A DNA stretch of 64,000 nt, from positions 2,049,769 through 2,113,768 of the forward strand of contig OZ242349.1 of the NCBI GenBank assembly GCA_965208635.1, written 5' to 3'. The DNA comes from Candidatus Poribacteria bacterium. Its GTDB lineage: Bacteria > Poribacteria > WGA-4E > WGA-3G. Made by a program: the position numbers and the translations under genes. The notes under the pieces are model-generated. The model had not been told where the DNA came from and did no database searches. It saw only the letters and a program-made list of their open reading frames with translations. This document shows, in pieces, positions 53,349 to 63,593 of this stretch; position 1 is the first letter of the stretch, and the number at the start of each line of letters is the position of its first letter.

Positions 53349-54603
53349 CCGAAAGAATTGTGTTGCCGACCTCTAAATCGAACGCAACGAAGGTCTGTTT
53401 TCCTTCAATGAGAAATGTATCTCTTTGAAAATCGCGTCGGGAATAAACTTCGCGGAGGTCCCACCCGTTAACCTGAACGTGGCGTATCGGTGTATCAAGA
53501 GCCAGTGTAAAGTTTGCTGTTGGGAATTGGGTAGATAGGTGGATCTCGTGCTGTTCCTCCATCACGGTAATCTCGGTAAGTTCACGCGCCATCCAGTAGT
53601 GACCAATCTCCGAATTCTTCATCCAGAGCGTTCTCGTACCATCCGGGTCATAAGCGTCGAGCCGTGACTTGACGGTTTTTAGTATATCAAACCCAGATTT
53701 TTCACCGTTGAAATAGAACCCGGGCCAATGCCCGACGAGGACACAGGGAAGCTCTTTTTCGAGAATCGGTGGCAAGCGACCCCCCTGTAAATCTTCTGTA
53801 ATGAACCGGTCAGCATCTCCCAAATCGTAGCCTGTCCAGCCACCGAACCAGTCACCCGCACACGAGACAATACTGGCAATCGCAACCCCTTTCTCCTTCT
53901 CAGGATACCAGATGGGCACATCCGGCAGTTCATCATGCTTGAGCCAGAGGAAGTAGAACGGACGCGGGTTGTTATTGACGTGCTGAGAAGCGGTGAGCAC
54001 GGCTTTCGCATACGCCGCCTCTTGACGTTTTCCAAAAGCACCGGGACTCGTCACGCCCTCACACGGAATGCCGACATTATCCAGCATTTCCATCGCTGTG
54101 ATGATGTAGTCCGTGAGCCTGTTATCAACAGGAGGATCCACCCATTCCACCTGTTCCCATGCTTCGGTGAGTGTGAATGTGTCCAGATCAACGACAGCGG
54201 TATGCGTGAGCATCTCTGGTGTCAAGTCGAAACTCGGCCAAATCAGCTCCCTGTAGATGCGCAGCCACACCTGATATTCGTGTGTTGGAAACTCCGGAAA
54301 CCCTTCGTCGACGCGTCCGACACCTGCCGGGTAGGGAATCAAGCTAAATTTGCCTTTCACACCGTTCTCCCAGCACCATTCTGCCCACTCCCACGCGAAA
54401 TCTGAGGGGATTGTAGGCGGTATTTTTTTAAGTTGAATGGCATTGCCTTCCCAACGTTCTGGGGCGATATTCGGCTGATGTCGTGCTTTCCACGCGTGCC
54501 GCTGATGTATCCAGTAGTAGGTGAGATTGACCACCGGACACGAATCGTCAACGATCAGTGACAAAGGGGTTCTTAACAATGGGTTGCAGACAGTAACATT
54601 CAT
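53338..54603 (-). CDS. hypothetical protein (421 aa, Trp-rich, soluble)
   Basis: Long ORF with coding-like composition and no motif I recognise. Its 3' end overlaps the convergent SDR gene by 11 nt. Confidence 0.5.
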   Translation of the reverse strand: MNVTVCNPLLRTPLSLIVDDSCPVVNLTYYWIHQRHAWKARHQPNIAPERWEGNAIQLKKIPPTIPSDFAWEWAEWCWENGVKGKFSLIPYPAGVGRVDEGFPEFPTHEYQVWLRIYRELIWPSFDLTPEMLTHTAVVDLDTFTLTEAWEQVEWVDPPVDNRLTDYIITAMEMLDNVGIPCEGVTSPGAFGKRQEAAYAKAVLTASQHVNNNPRPFYFLWLKHDELPDVPIWYPEKEKGVAIASIVSCAGDWFGGWTGYDLGDADRFITEDLQGGRLPPILEKELPCVLVGHWPGFYFNGEKSGFDILKTVKSRLDAYDPDGTRTLWMKNSEIGHYWMARELTEITVMEEQHEIHLSTQFPTANFTLALDTPIRHVQVNGWDLREVYSRRDFQRDTFLIEGKQTFVAFDLEVGNTILSVTE

Positions 54604-54795
54604 AAGTAGTCTGAACTATGATTTATGTGATTCAATGATTTACTATGATTGTCAGAGACCTTATCATCAGAGGAATCATCATAACCATAAGAATCTTGGT
54701 TTAACCTTAACACATTCTCCGCAAAACAGCAAGGCAAATTAGAAGTTAACAGTAAGTTTTCATGGAATATTACTGACAACAGACAACTATCTCTG

Positions 54796-56262
54796 CTACT
54801 TAACCTCGCTCATCAGGAACGAGACCTGCGCCATAATGAAGAACAGTAGATTAAATAGCACCAATAAACCGACTTGGGATAATACACTGCGGTAGGAAAT
54901 CTGCTCCGAAAATACCGGCACAGCGTCAGGATCCACAGATTTTTGGGACAATCCCTCTTTCACAGGATAGATATGGAGACTCTCTGGATCACTCTGATCT
55001 TCCGCCTTGATGAAGTCTATGAACGTTTGTCGATAGCGGCGTGCCTGTTTGACAAAATTCATATAACTGACGATACCTGTATTCGCAAGTCCTTCCATCG
55101 CATATTGAAAAGTCGCTATTGGAGAGATTTGGGTGAGATCGCGTGCGAGTTGCACCTGCCTAAACTGCTGATCGATGTGTTCATCAATACTTTTTGTTTC
55201 TATTCCTTTCTGCGTTGTAAAGTATGTTGCCCACCGTCGCGTCGCCGATGGATTTTCAGTGGAGGGTGCTTGGTTCAACTTACTCGATGGTTCACCAGAT
55301 GCGCCCCAAGGCTGAAATTGATCGCTAATTTGCTCTAATTGTGCCATTCTCCCTAATGAGACCTCGTCAACCGATGGAATTGGGTTCAGGTTGCCGACAA
55401 AGATCCCGAGTAAGTTCGGAAAGACGAACGCCAGGAAAACCCAAGTGAGTAAGAGCCATACTAAACTCGTAATCGGGTTTGAAACGCGACTTGAAAAAAA
55501 GAATCCAAGAAAAATAAAGATAGAAACGAGCAGCCCAAAAAGTCCGACCATCCCCAGAATTCTGAGAGAGGTCCCCGAATCAAAGGAAAGACTCCCCGAA
55601 AGTTGGATAACCAATAGATTCATCAGAATGCCAATTATGAGTGGCACCATGAGCGTCAAAAACGCACCGAGGTATTTCCCCAACAACACCTGACTGCGCG
55701 AGACCGTGTTCGACATTATCAGGCTTAGCGTGCCACGCGACCGTTCCCCAGCGATGGCATCGAAAGTGAATAAAATCGCGAAAAAACTCATTAGCATACC
55801 GATGAAAACCCAATCTATTTTGATACGACGGGTTGCATTTCCTTCATCAAAACTATTCAACGGATACCTTAACGTCCAAGGTCCCTTCCACGCATAAGCT
55901 TCAAATTGACCAGATCTACCACTGCGACTGACAGTGCCGTATTCCTGCATGATGACAGAACGCGGTATCACTTCATCAGCACCATTAGCGCAGAATTTCA
56001 GAGGACTCGGACGCTTCGGCATATCCCCAGGGCCCATTACCGCCAATTCTCCTAAACCCTGAGCGGCATACGTTTCAACATGAGATAACTTTTTTTCTAT
56101 TTGCCTATTGTAAGCATTGACCTGTGTTACGTATCCATCATCCCCATAACCGTATATCAACGCGTTCGCTATCATCAAAAGAGGTAGCAGAATTATCATC
56201 AACGCAAACCGGAGCGTTGTGAGATTGTGATGAATCTCTTTCTTCGCAATCTGCAAAATCAT
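54796..56262 (-). CDS. ABC-2 type transporter permease-like membrane protein (copy 1 of type B)
   Basis: N-terminal TM, a large external loop, a 5-TM ABC-2 core (GERSRGTLSLIMSNTVSR), and a C-terminal soluble region plus TM. Paralog of 59186..60631. Confidence 0.65.
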   Translation of the reverse strand: MILQIAKKEIHHNLTTLRFALMIILLPLLMIANALIYGYGDDGYVTQVNAYNRQIEKKLSHVETYAAQGLGELAVMGPGDMPKRPSPLKFCANGADEVIPRSVIMQEYGTVSRSGRSGQFEAYAWKGPWTLRYPLNSFDEGNATRRIKIDWVFIGMLMSFFAILFTFDAIAGERSRGTLSLIMSNTVSRSQVLLGKYLGAFLTLMVPLIIGILMNLLVIQLSGSLSFDSGTSLRILGMVGLFGLLVSIFIFLGFFFSSRVSNPITSLVWLLLTWVFLAFVFPNLLGIFVGNLNPIPSVDEVSLGRMAQLEQISDQFQPWGASGEPSSKLNQAPSTENPSATRRWATYFTTQKGIETKSIDEHIDQQFRQVQLARDLTQISPIATFQYAMEGLANTGIVSYMNFVKQARRYRQTFIDFIKAEDQSDPESLHIYPVKEGLSQKSVDPDAVPVFSEQISYRSVLSQVGLLVLFNLLFFIMAQVSFLMSEVK

Positions 56263-56275
56263 CTGTTTCTCCTTT

Positions 56276-57817
56276 TCAACTCATCTCATATCTCAGAAAA
56301 GACACATAAGCCAACATAAATAGAACAATATTCCACGCCAACAAGATCAGAATATCCACCGAAGCGCGTGAGAAACTTTCTGAGAGGGAGAGCCGCTGCT
56401 GTCGATAAACCGGCAGATCCGCTAAATCCGCAGTACCCTGGTCATCGGAAAACCATGCTCGCGAAGAAAATGCTTTTTTATCTTTCAAATATTCAACGAC
56501 CTCACGCTTATAGGCTCTGGAACTCTCAAGAAAAGCACTATAGCTTTCGCTGTCGGTCCCCGCTATTGCACCGACAGCGAAGTGATACACGTCTGCAAAC
56601 GAGATACGGGAGAGAAGGTCTGCGAACTTCACGTTCCGCTCTCGATCATCCGCAGGTTTTCTGAGAATTTCTTCCGCCCTATCCGTATACGCAATCCGAA
56701 GTGGTTCCTGATAACTTAAAAATTCCTGGAGAACAGAAACGTCGGCGTACTTCATATTTCCAATGCGATAACTCTCCGTAACAAACCATTCCGCAGACAT
56801 AGAGAAAGTGCCAGCAGATCCACGACGTTTTCTACCTTTTTCATCGCGCCGCCAAGAGACCGTCTCCGTTGGACTCTCGTAGCCCCTCTTTTTTAGATAA
56901 TCGTCGCGTTCCTTTCTGAAATCGTTCCAGAGTTGAATAGTCTGTTGAAAAACTTTTTTTTCCGAGTCGGGTTTATGTGGCGAAAATTTCGTCACCGCAA
57001 ATGTCGCCACGTTCGCATGAACACTTGTCAGAACTACCCAAAGAAACATTGAAAGAATCAATGTGGTTGCTGCCTCTTTCGTCCAGACAGACAAGAGCAG
57101 TCCCAAAAGATACCACGTTGACACGTACAACAGCGAAACAGCGAATATCAGGACGATATGGGCAATATCGCTTCCATCAAAGCCAGTAACTGGAGAAGAG
57201 ACAGCGATTAAAAGTGCTACGATTAGACTCACCACAACAATCGGGAACAGCGATAACATACCACCGAGGTATTTCCCCAAAACGACTGTGTCCCTCGGTA
57301 TCGAATTGGATAACACGAGCTTCAGTGTGCCATCCTCTCTTTCGCCCGAAATTGTGTTGTAAGCAAACAGAATCGCTAACGCACTGAGTACGATCTTAAA
57401 GATGAAAACCACATCAACGGAGAGAAACATCGCGAGAAAAGGGTTGTCTGCTCCCATCTTTTGAGTCGTTTCGCCCCAACCGGGGGAACGACTATCCCGT
57501 ATCCAAATCGGTTTATCAGGCTCAACAACGACCGTATTTACACCAGAGGTTTCCATCCCGATGTCAAAAATGCCGAGCGGATTCGGTTTTCTGTGCACCT
57601 TTGCACTAATATCGGTGTAGAGTTTCCAATTTTTGGGTTCTGCTTGGGATTCTCGGATAGCCGTGTTATATCCGACCAACCGCTTTTCGTGATCATCCAC
57701 CTGAACGAAAACGGCGACAGCCGTTGAAAGCAGACACACGATAAACCCGATCATGAATCGGGAGGTTAGCACATTTGAGACGAATTCTCGTTGGATAACA
57801 AGCCAAAGCGTATGCAT
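56276..57817 (-). CDS. ABC-2 type transporter permease-like membrane protein (copy 1 of type A)
   Basis: Same topology with the motif GEREDGTLKLVLSN. Paralog of 60645..62168. Confidence 0.65.
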   Translation of the reverse strand: MHTLWLVIQREFVSNVLTSRFMIGFIVCLLSTAVAVFVQVDDHEKRLVGYNTAIRESQAEPKNWKLYTDISAKVHRKPNPLGIFDIGMETSGVNTVVVEPDKPIWIRDSRSPGWGETTQKMGADNPFLAMFLSVDVVFIFKIVLSALAILFAYNTISGEREDGTLKLVLSNSIPRDTVVLGKYLGGMLSLFPIVVVSLIVALLIAVSSPVTGFDGSDIAHIVLIFAVSLLYVSTWYLLGLLLSVWTKEAATTLILSMFLWVVLTSVHANVATFAVTKFSPHKPDSEKKVFQQTIQLWNDFRKERDDYLKKRGYESPTETVSWRRDEKGRKRRGSAGTFSMSAEWFVTESYRIGNMKYADVSVLQEFLSYQEPLRIAYTDRAEEILRKPADDRERNVKFADLLSRISFADVYHFAVGAIAGTDSESYSAFLESSRAYKREVVEYLKDKKAFSSRAWFSDDQGTADLADLPVYRQQRLSLSESFSRASVDILILLAWNIVLFMLAYVSFLRYEMS

Positions 57818-57923
57818 TTAATACACCTCATTCGCAGAATGACATCTGCAGCGGTTTCCTAAAGACAGCGCATCATGAAATATTGCCATTCTGATACTTG
57901 ATTGGCGATAGCTGGAAAGTTAT

Positions 57924-58781
57924 CTATCTGCCTTTAGAATCAGTAGATTTGACTTCATACCTCTTTAATTCAAGGGCTTTAACCGTGGTTGAAGCCTTAA
58001 CTTGAGAGTGCGTTATAATTGTCAGAAGGATATCCTCCGCTTCTTGGTGAAATTTGACAATTCCGACGTTGGGGGCTACCCACAGCGTTGCAACGGATTC
58101 GCCGGACGGATTTGGCACCTCACTCGGAGGGGACACTTCCACTTCTGTCTTTGTCTGATATACAATTTTCAAACAATCTTCAAAAGTGCCGGCGGACGTT
58201 TCAACACTTTCCGTGCCTAGGACTTTGCCTGTTTCAACAATAGTGAACTCAGATATGATTTCTTCAGGATCTTGCGGCGGATCAGGTGTCATCGTGACTT
58301 TGGCTTTTATCTGTGCTGCGTCCCACTCTTCGTTGAAGGTAACAGACCTTGGAAGCACATAGAACGAGTCTGCCGCCTCCACTTCGATCTCGTAAAGGAG
58401 ATCGAAATTCGCCTCATGTATTTTGCCGAAGGCCTCCACCTCTTTGGTAAGACGCGCCTTGACCGCTTTCTCTACATCATCACCGACCCAGAACGTAACC
58501 CGCTCTTCACCAATTTGATAGAGATGCGGGTGGATGTGATAGTCATAATCTGCCCAATCCTCTAAAGCAGGTTCATAACTGAAGGCATGATACGTCTCTC
58601 CGTCGATATCTTTGTTTTTAATGACACGACGTGTTAATTCGTTTCCATCTTGATCTTCGTAAACCCAGTAGCTTCCCAGCGCGTGTGGGAAATAGGTGTC
58701 TGCCTCTTCTTTCCCGACCAGCGTTACACTAAAGCCGAAAATGAGTAACAAACTCAAAACGACACGAAATATTTTCAACAT
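57924..58781 (-). CDS. hypothetical exported protein
   Basis: N-terminal signal-like segment. It sits between the two permease pairs. No motif recognised. Confidence 0.5.
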   Translation of the reverse strand: MLKIFRVVLSLLLIFGFSVTLVGKEEADTYFPHALGSYWVYEDQDGNELTRRVIKNKDIDGETYHAFSYEPALEDWADYDYHIHPHLYQIGEERVTFWVGDDVEKAVKARLTKEVEAFGKIHEANFDLLYEIEVEAADSFYVLPRSVTFNEEWDAAQIKAKVTMTPDPPQDPEEIISEFTIVETGKVLGTESVETSAGTFEDCLKIVYQTKTEVEVSPPSEVPNPSGESVATLWVAPNVGIVKFHQEAEDILLTIITHSQVKASTTVKALELKRYEVKSTDSKGR

Positions 58782-59015
58782 GATAGATTCCTCGAATTTT
58801 TCGTTTTTTTAATCTAACCTATAGGAGCGATCTTCAAGCGTGTTTCCTGAAATGAATTGCTCCAATCCTCTCCGCGCATTTTGAGGTTGTTGTTACTACA
58901 AACGAGTTTCAAAAAAGTTGCATTTTATTCTCAAATTTTCAGAGAGGTTCGGTTAGAAGGAGAAATTTTTCTTTCACTATCAATTTGACTTAAATAGGAT
59001 TATTGATAGGCAATG

Positions 59016-59057
59016 AATCGCCCTACTACAAACGGGGCTGCTTGTAGTAGGGCGATT
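59016..59057. repeat. perfect 16-bp inverted repeat (hairpin) with 10-nt loop
   Basis: aatcgccctactacaa (59016..59031) / ttgtagtagggcgatt (59042..59057). No flanking T-tract on either strand. Confidence 0.8.
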
Positions 59058-59185
59058 TATCGTAAGTTCGGAAATTACTACTCAATGAAATCTCACTAAC
59101 GAACGTCTCTCCATGTTTTTGGACTTTATGATAACCTGCGTCTAACCGTACCGAAAACACACAAACCCGCTAAGTTGTAAACGTA

Positions 59186-60631
59186 TCACTTAACCTCGCT
59201 CATTAAAAACGAGACCTGCGCCATAATGAAGAAGAGTAGGTTAAACAACACCAATAAACCGACTTGAGATAACACACTGCGATAGGAAATCTGCTCCGAA
59301 AACACGGGAACAGCATTCGGATCTACAGGTTTCTGAGACAATCCCTCTTTCACAGGATAGATATGGAGGCTCTCTGGATCACTCTGGTCTTCCGTTTGAA
59401 CGAAGTCTATAAACGTCTGCCGATAGCGGCGTGCCTGCTTGACAAAATTCATATAACCGACGATACTCGTGTTCGCAAGTCCTTCCATTGCATATTGAAA
59501 AGTCGCTATTGGAGAAATTTGGGTGAGATCACGGGCGAGTTGTACCTGTTGAAGTTGCTGGTCGATGTGTCCATCGGCGATCTGGGTCTCCGTGTCACTG
59601 ATTTCGGTGAAGTATGTCGCCCAGAGGCGCGCCACGGCTGGTCTTTCAATGGCAGGTGATTTTCTTAACTTCTTTTTCGGCTCCCGTTGCCATTGGTCCT
59701 CGATTTGGTCCAATTGTGCCCGTCTTCGCATGGAAACCTCATCAACAGATGGAATCGGATTCAGATTACCGACAAAGATCCCGAGCAGACTCGGAAACAC
59801 AAACGCCAAAAAAACCCAAGTGAGTAAGAGCCACACTAAACTTGTAATGGCATTTGAGACGCGACTTGAGAAAAAAAGCCCGAGAAAAATAAAAATAGAA
59901 ACGAGCAACGCAAACAATCCAACCATCCCCAAAATGCACAGCCAATCACTTCCGTCAAATGGAATACCTCCAATGAGGAGAACGACTAAGAGGTTCATGA
60001 GAACACCCATAACAAGCGGCAGAAAGACTGTTACAAATGCACCGAGATATTTACCTAACAATACCTGTCCGCGCGAGACCGTGTTCGACATTATCAGACT
60101 TAGCGTCCCGCGCATCCGTTCCCCAGCGATAGTGTCAAATGTGAACAAGATCGCAAAGAAACTCATCAGGACACCAATGAAGACCCAGTTGATTTTGACG
60201 CGTCCCGTTGAATTGCTGCCAGAACTGACAACCTCATACTCCAATCTCAATGGATGTCGCCACGCGTAATCCTCATCCTCAATACCGCTACTTCGACTAA
60301 TATTGTAATCGCTTTTCAATTTAATAGAACGCGACACGACTTCATTAACACCACCGGCACAGAATATCAGACGGCTCGGACGTTTCGGGATATCTCCAGG
60401 TCCCCTCAGTGCTAACTCCGCTAAACTTACGCTCGCCTGCTCTGTAATATGATCCCGATTCTGTGTCACCTGTTGGTTATAGGCATTAATCTGCGTGGTA
60501 TAACCATTATCGCCAAGGCTATAGATTAGCGCATTCGCCACAAACAAAACGGGTAGTAGGATTATCATCAACGCAAACCGGAGTGTCGTGAGATTGTGAT
60601 GAATTTCTTTTTTTGCAATGTGTAATATCAT
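59186..60631 (-). CDS. ABC-2 type transporter permease-like membrane protein (copy 2 of type B)
   Basis: Paralog of 54796..56262. The last 40 aa are identical (PVFSEQISYRSVLSQVGLLVLFNLLFFIMAQVSFLMSEVK). Confidence 0.65.
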   Translation of the reverse strand: MILHIAKKEIHHNLTTLRFALMIILLPVLFVANALIYSLGDNGYTTQINAYNQQVTQNRDHITEQASVSLAELALRGPGDIPKRPSRLIFCAGGVNEVVSRSIKLKSDYNISRSSGIEDEDYAWRHPLRLEYEVVSSGSNSTGRVKINWVFIGVLMSFFAILFTFDTIAGERMRGTLSLIMSNTVSRGQVLLGKYLGAFVTVFLPLVMGVLMNLLVVLLIGGIPFDGSDWLCILGMVGLFALLVSIFIFLGLFFSSRVSNAITSLVWLLLTWVFLAFVFPSLLGIFVGNLNPIPSVDEVSMRRRAQLDQIEDQWQREPKKKLRKSPAIERPAVARLWATYFTEISDTETQIADGHIDQQLQQVQLARDLTQISPIATFQYAMEGLANTSIVGYMNFVKQARRYRQTFIDFVQTEDQSDPESLHIYPVKEGLSQKPVDPNAVPVFSEQISYRSVLSQVGLLVLFNLLFFIMAQVSFLMSEVK

Positions 60632-60644
60632 TTTCCACCCCTTT

Positions 60645-62168
60645 TCAACTCATATCGTATCGAAGGAACGACACATAAGCCGTCATGAATAGAAGAATAT
60701 TCCACGCGAATAAAATCAAAATATCCACCGACGCACGGGCGAAACTTTCTGAGAGAGAAAGCCTTTTATGCTTAAAAACAGGCAGATCTGCCAAATCCGC
60801 AGTCCCCTTATCCGTGGAGAACCACGCCCGCGATGAAAACGCTCCCTTATCCTTCAGATATTCAACAATCTCACGTTTATAGGCTCTGGAGCCTTCAATA
60901 AAGTCATTATAACTTTGCCGGTCAGTCCCGGCTATCGTCCCGACAGCGAAGTGATATACGTCCGCGAAGGAGATACGGGAGAGGGCGTCTGCGAACTTGG
61001 CATCCTTTTCGCGCGCTTCCGCAGGTTTGTTAAGAATTTCTTCTGCTTTACCCGCATATTCACTCCGAAGCCGTTCTTGATACCCTAAAAGTTCTTGGAA
61101 GATAGTGGTATCTGCCTTGTCAACACTTGTAACGCTATAACGCCTTATTCTGAAATAGCCTCCAGTATAGGAATGCGAGCCTAACCCTGTTGAACTCGTC
61201 TCAGGTTCCCAAGTAATTGACGCTTGCAAATCGTCGTAGCCTCTCTGTTTGAAGTAGGCATCCCGTTCCCTTTTGTACTCGTCCCAGACATCGAAGGCAG
61301 GTTGGAGAAATGTCCCTTCAGATTGCGACTGATAGGGCGAGAATTTATCCACCGCAAAAGTTACGACATTTGCGTGAACACTCGTCAGAACCACCCAGAC
61401 GAACATCGAAAGGATTAGCGTCGTCGCGGCTTCCCTTGTCCAAACTGACAAGAGCAGTCCCAGAAGATACCACGTTGACACGTACAACAATGAGACTCCA
61501 AATATCAGGACGATGTGGGCAATATCGTTCCCATCAAAGCCAGTGACCGGAGAGGAAACAGCGATTAGCAGTGCCACAATTAAACTCACCACAACAATCG
61601 GGAACAGCGACAGCATCCCGCCGAGATATTTTCCTAAAACGACTGTGTCTCTCGGTATCGCATTGGACAACACAAGTTTCAGCGTGCCATCTTCCCTCTC
61701 TCCTGAAATAGTATTGTAAGCGAATAGAATCGCTAACGCACTCAGCACGATTTTGAAAATAAAAACCACATCAACGGAAAGAAACATCGCAAGGAAAGGG
61801 TTGTCTGAACCTCGCTTCTGCGTCGGTGCTGCCCACATAGGGGAGGAGAATTCAAAGATAGGCATTCCCAACTGGACGGTGACCGTATTCGCACCGTCAT
61901 TCTCCGTTCCGACGTTAAAGATACTCAAAGGATTCGGTTTTCGGTGCGCTTGCGGCTTGATGTCGACATAGAGATCCCACTCCCCTGCTTCCGCCTCCGC
62001 CTCCCGGACGGCAGTATTATACCCCGACAAACGCTTCTCATAATCATCCACTTGAACAAAAACGGCAACGGCGGTTGAAAGCACACACACGATAAACCCA
62101 ATCATAAACCGGGATGTTAACACATTTGAAACGAATTCGCGTTGGATAACGAGCCATAGTGTCCGCAT
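60645..62168 (-). CDS. ABC-2 type transporter permease-like membrane protein (copy 2 of type A)
   Basis: Paralog of 56276..57817. The N-terminal ~45 aa are nearly identical. Confidence 0.65.
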   Translation of the reverse strand: MRTLWLVIQREFVSNVLTSRFMIGFIVCVLSTAVAVFVQVDDYEKRLSGYNTAVREAEAEAGEWDLYVDIKPQAHRKPNPLSIFNVGTENDGANTVTVQLGMPIFEFSSPMWAAPTQKRGSDNPFLAMFLSVDVVFIFKIVLSALAILFAYNTISGEREDGTLKLVLSNAIPRDTVVLGKYLGGMLSLFPIVVVSLIVALLIAVSSPVTGFDGNDIAHIVLIFGVSLLYVSTWYLLGLLLSVWTREAATTLILSMFVWVVLTSVHANVVTFAVDKFSPYQSQSEGTFLQPAFDVWDEYKRERDAYFKQRGYDDLQASITWEPETSSTGLGSHSYTGGYFRIRRYSVTSVDKADTTIFQELLGYQERLRSEYAGKAEEILNKPAEAREKDAKFADALSRISFADVYHFAVGTIAGTDRQSYNDFIEGSRAYKREIVEYLKDKGAFSSRAWFSTDKGTADLADLPVFKHKRLSLSESFARASVDILILFAWNILLFMTAYVSFLRYDMS

Positions 62169-62228
62169 AAACTTATCTTATCCCATAGTAGTAGGCACGC
62201 TCCGTCGTGCCGTAACAATATTGTCCTT

Positions 62229-62888
62229 CTACCTGTTTTCCAAAGGTTTATCAAGGCGATCAACCTCTTTTTCAAGGAGTGCAATGCCAACACCTTGCAA
62301 ACTCTCAGGTGTCCCGATACGCCATTTCCCATCTATCATGCTCACAAATACGCGCGCATCCCGAGTCGTGGCCAATCCCCGAAGTGCCCAGTTGGTGTAG
62401 GTAACTGGTTCTCCACTCGTCCACTGCCATTCGGTCTGATTTTCCAGACGCGTCAGTCCAATCAAAAACGGATCCCGTCCGAATACCTCCACGAGCCACT
62501 TCTGCTCCGCTTCATTGTTAATCGACACGAGATGTGCTTCTTCAGCAACCGCCATTGCGCGGGCATCCTTCCACGTCTTACATTGAATCCTTTTGTAAGC
62601 ATGTCCGTTGGTAGGATTCACCACCCACGTCCCTATCGAGTCAGGCATCCGTGGGACTGGCGGGGCTTGAACCTCTTTTGGTATAGATGGGGCTGATGGC
62701 GGTACTTGGACATCCTTCAGAGGTGGCGTTGGCGCATCCGGAACAGGCGGCATTGAAGCCTTGCTCAATTGGAAAACCAAATCATGACGGCGTTGTCCCT
62801 CCCCGATCTTAAACGTTTCCCCCATTGCCGTGTCCCCTTGATATTCTATAGATACTGTGCAAAACGCGGGCAAATTCATATACATCAC
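62229..62888 (-). CDS. C-type lectin-like domain (CTLD) protein with Pro-rich linker; start uncertain, no signal peptide as called
   Basis: GHAYKRIQCKTWKDARAMAVAEEAHLVSINNEAEQKWLVEVF...LIGLTRLENQTEWQWTSGEPVTYTNW matches the eukaryote-type CTLD pattern (W.eA...C...ga.LvsI.s.eE..fl / WIGL / W.WsdG). Confidence 0.6.
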   Translation of the reverse strand: MMYMNLPAFCTVSIEYQGDTAMGETFKIGEGQRRHDLVFQLSKASMPPVPDAPTPPLKDVQVPPSAPSIPKEVQAPPVPRMPDSIGTWVVNPTNGHAYKRIQCKTWKDARAMAVAEEAHLVSINNEAEQKWLVEVFGRDPFLIGLTRLENQTEWQWTSGEPVTYTNWALRGLATTRDARVFVSMIDGKWRIGTPESLQGVGIALLEKEVDRLDKPLENR

Positions 62889-63562
62889 AATGTAGCCATC
62901 CGAATCTGTATAGGTTGGACTTCTGCTGCCCTCCCGCTATTCACACCATCTAAACTCCGATAGTTTAGGTGCAACGTTACGGCTGCGTCGGTTAACGGTG
63001 TTCCATCCGCCAAAAGGACTCGACAGCGGACGCGCATTCGGGGACGCACCGTTACGGTTATGTCTTTGATAGCCATCCCTGACTTGATGTAAAGCGGGAT
63101 GCCACCGATGGTTGACACTTTCTTCGGTTCGACTTCAAAAGTAGAAAGGAACCTAATACGCTGCTCATGCGATATCTGGAAATTAGGATGGTCAATTGGC
63201 AAGAAACGCAAGCCTCCAATCTCAATAGCGTGAATCTCTTTATCGGATTCAAAGGTTCCTGTTTTTGGGACCACCACCAATTTCGCGCGTCCCGGAACGA
63301 TGTCGTTGATTCGGAAGTTCCCCGCTGCATCGGTCCGTGATTGTTGCATTGGTGTGGGCATCTGCCACATTTCACCCTCAATCATGTCAATCGGCTGAAT
63401 TCCCAACGTGAGCTCGGAAACGGGATGTCCCTCCATATCGACAACGTGTCCGGAGAGAGTGCTCGCGTTCTCCTCAGCACCACTGGACAAGGATGCAACA
63501 AGTAAAAGTGCCAAAACCCCAACGAAAGCCATAAGCGGGTGTTTGAAGTTTGGAAATCTCAT
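62885..63562 (-). CDS. secreted carboxypeptidase-regulatory-like (CarboxypepD_reg) beta-sandwich protein
   Basis: Signal peptide, then LSGHVVDMEGHPV and TDAAGNFRINDIVPG, the typical G.V.D..G.P..gA.V...TD..G.F.l..l..G pattern. Confidence 0.6.
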   Translation of the reverse strand: MRFPNFKHPLMAFVGVLALLLVASLSSGAEENASTLSGHVVDMEGHPVSELTLGIQPIDMIEGEMWQMPTPMQQSRTDAAGNFRINDIVPGRAKLVVVPKTGTFESDKEIHAIEIGGLRFLPIDHPNFQISHEQRIRFLSTFEVEPKKVSTIGGIPLYIKSGMAIKDITVTVRPRMRVRCRVLLADGTPLTDAAVTLHLNYRSLDGVNSGRAAEVQPIQIRMATL

Positions 63563-63593
63563 GATTGTTTTCTCCCCTTGAAAGATTTTAGTA

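Noticed and set aside
62229-62888. C-type-lectin-fold protein as a target of a diversity-generating retroelement.
   Set aside because: The window contains no reverse transcriptase, no template repeat matching the 3' end of the gene, and no Avd-like gene. The domain looks like the classical metazoan CTLD rather than the DGR/FGE-type CLec fold.
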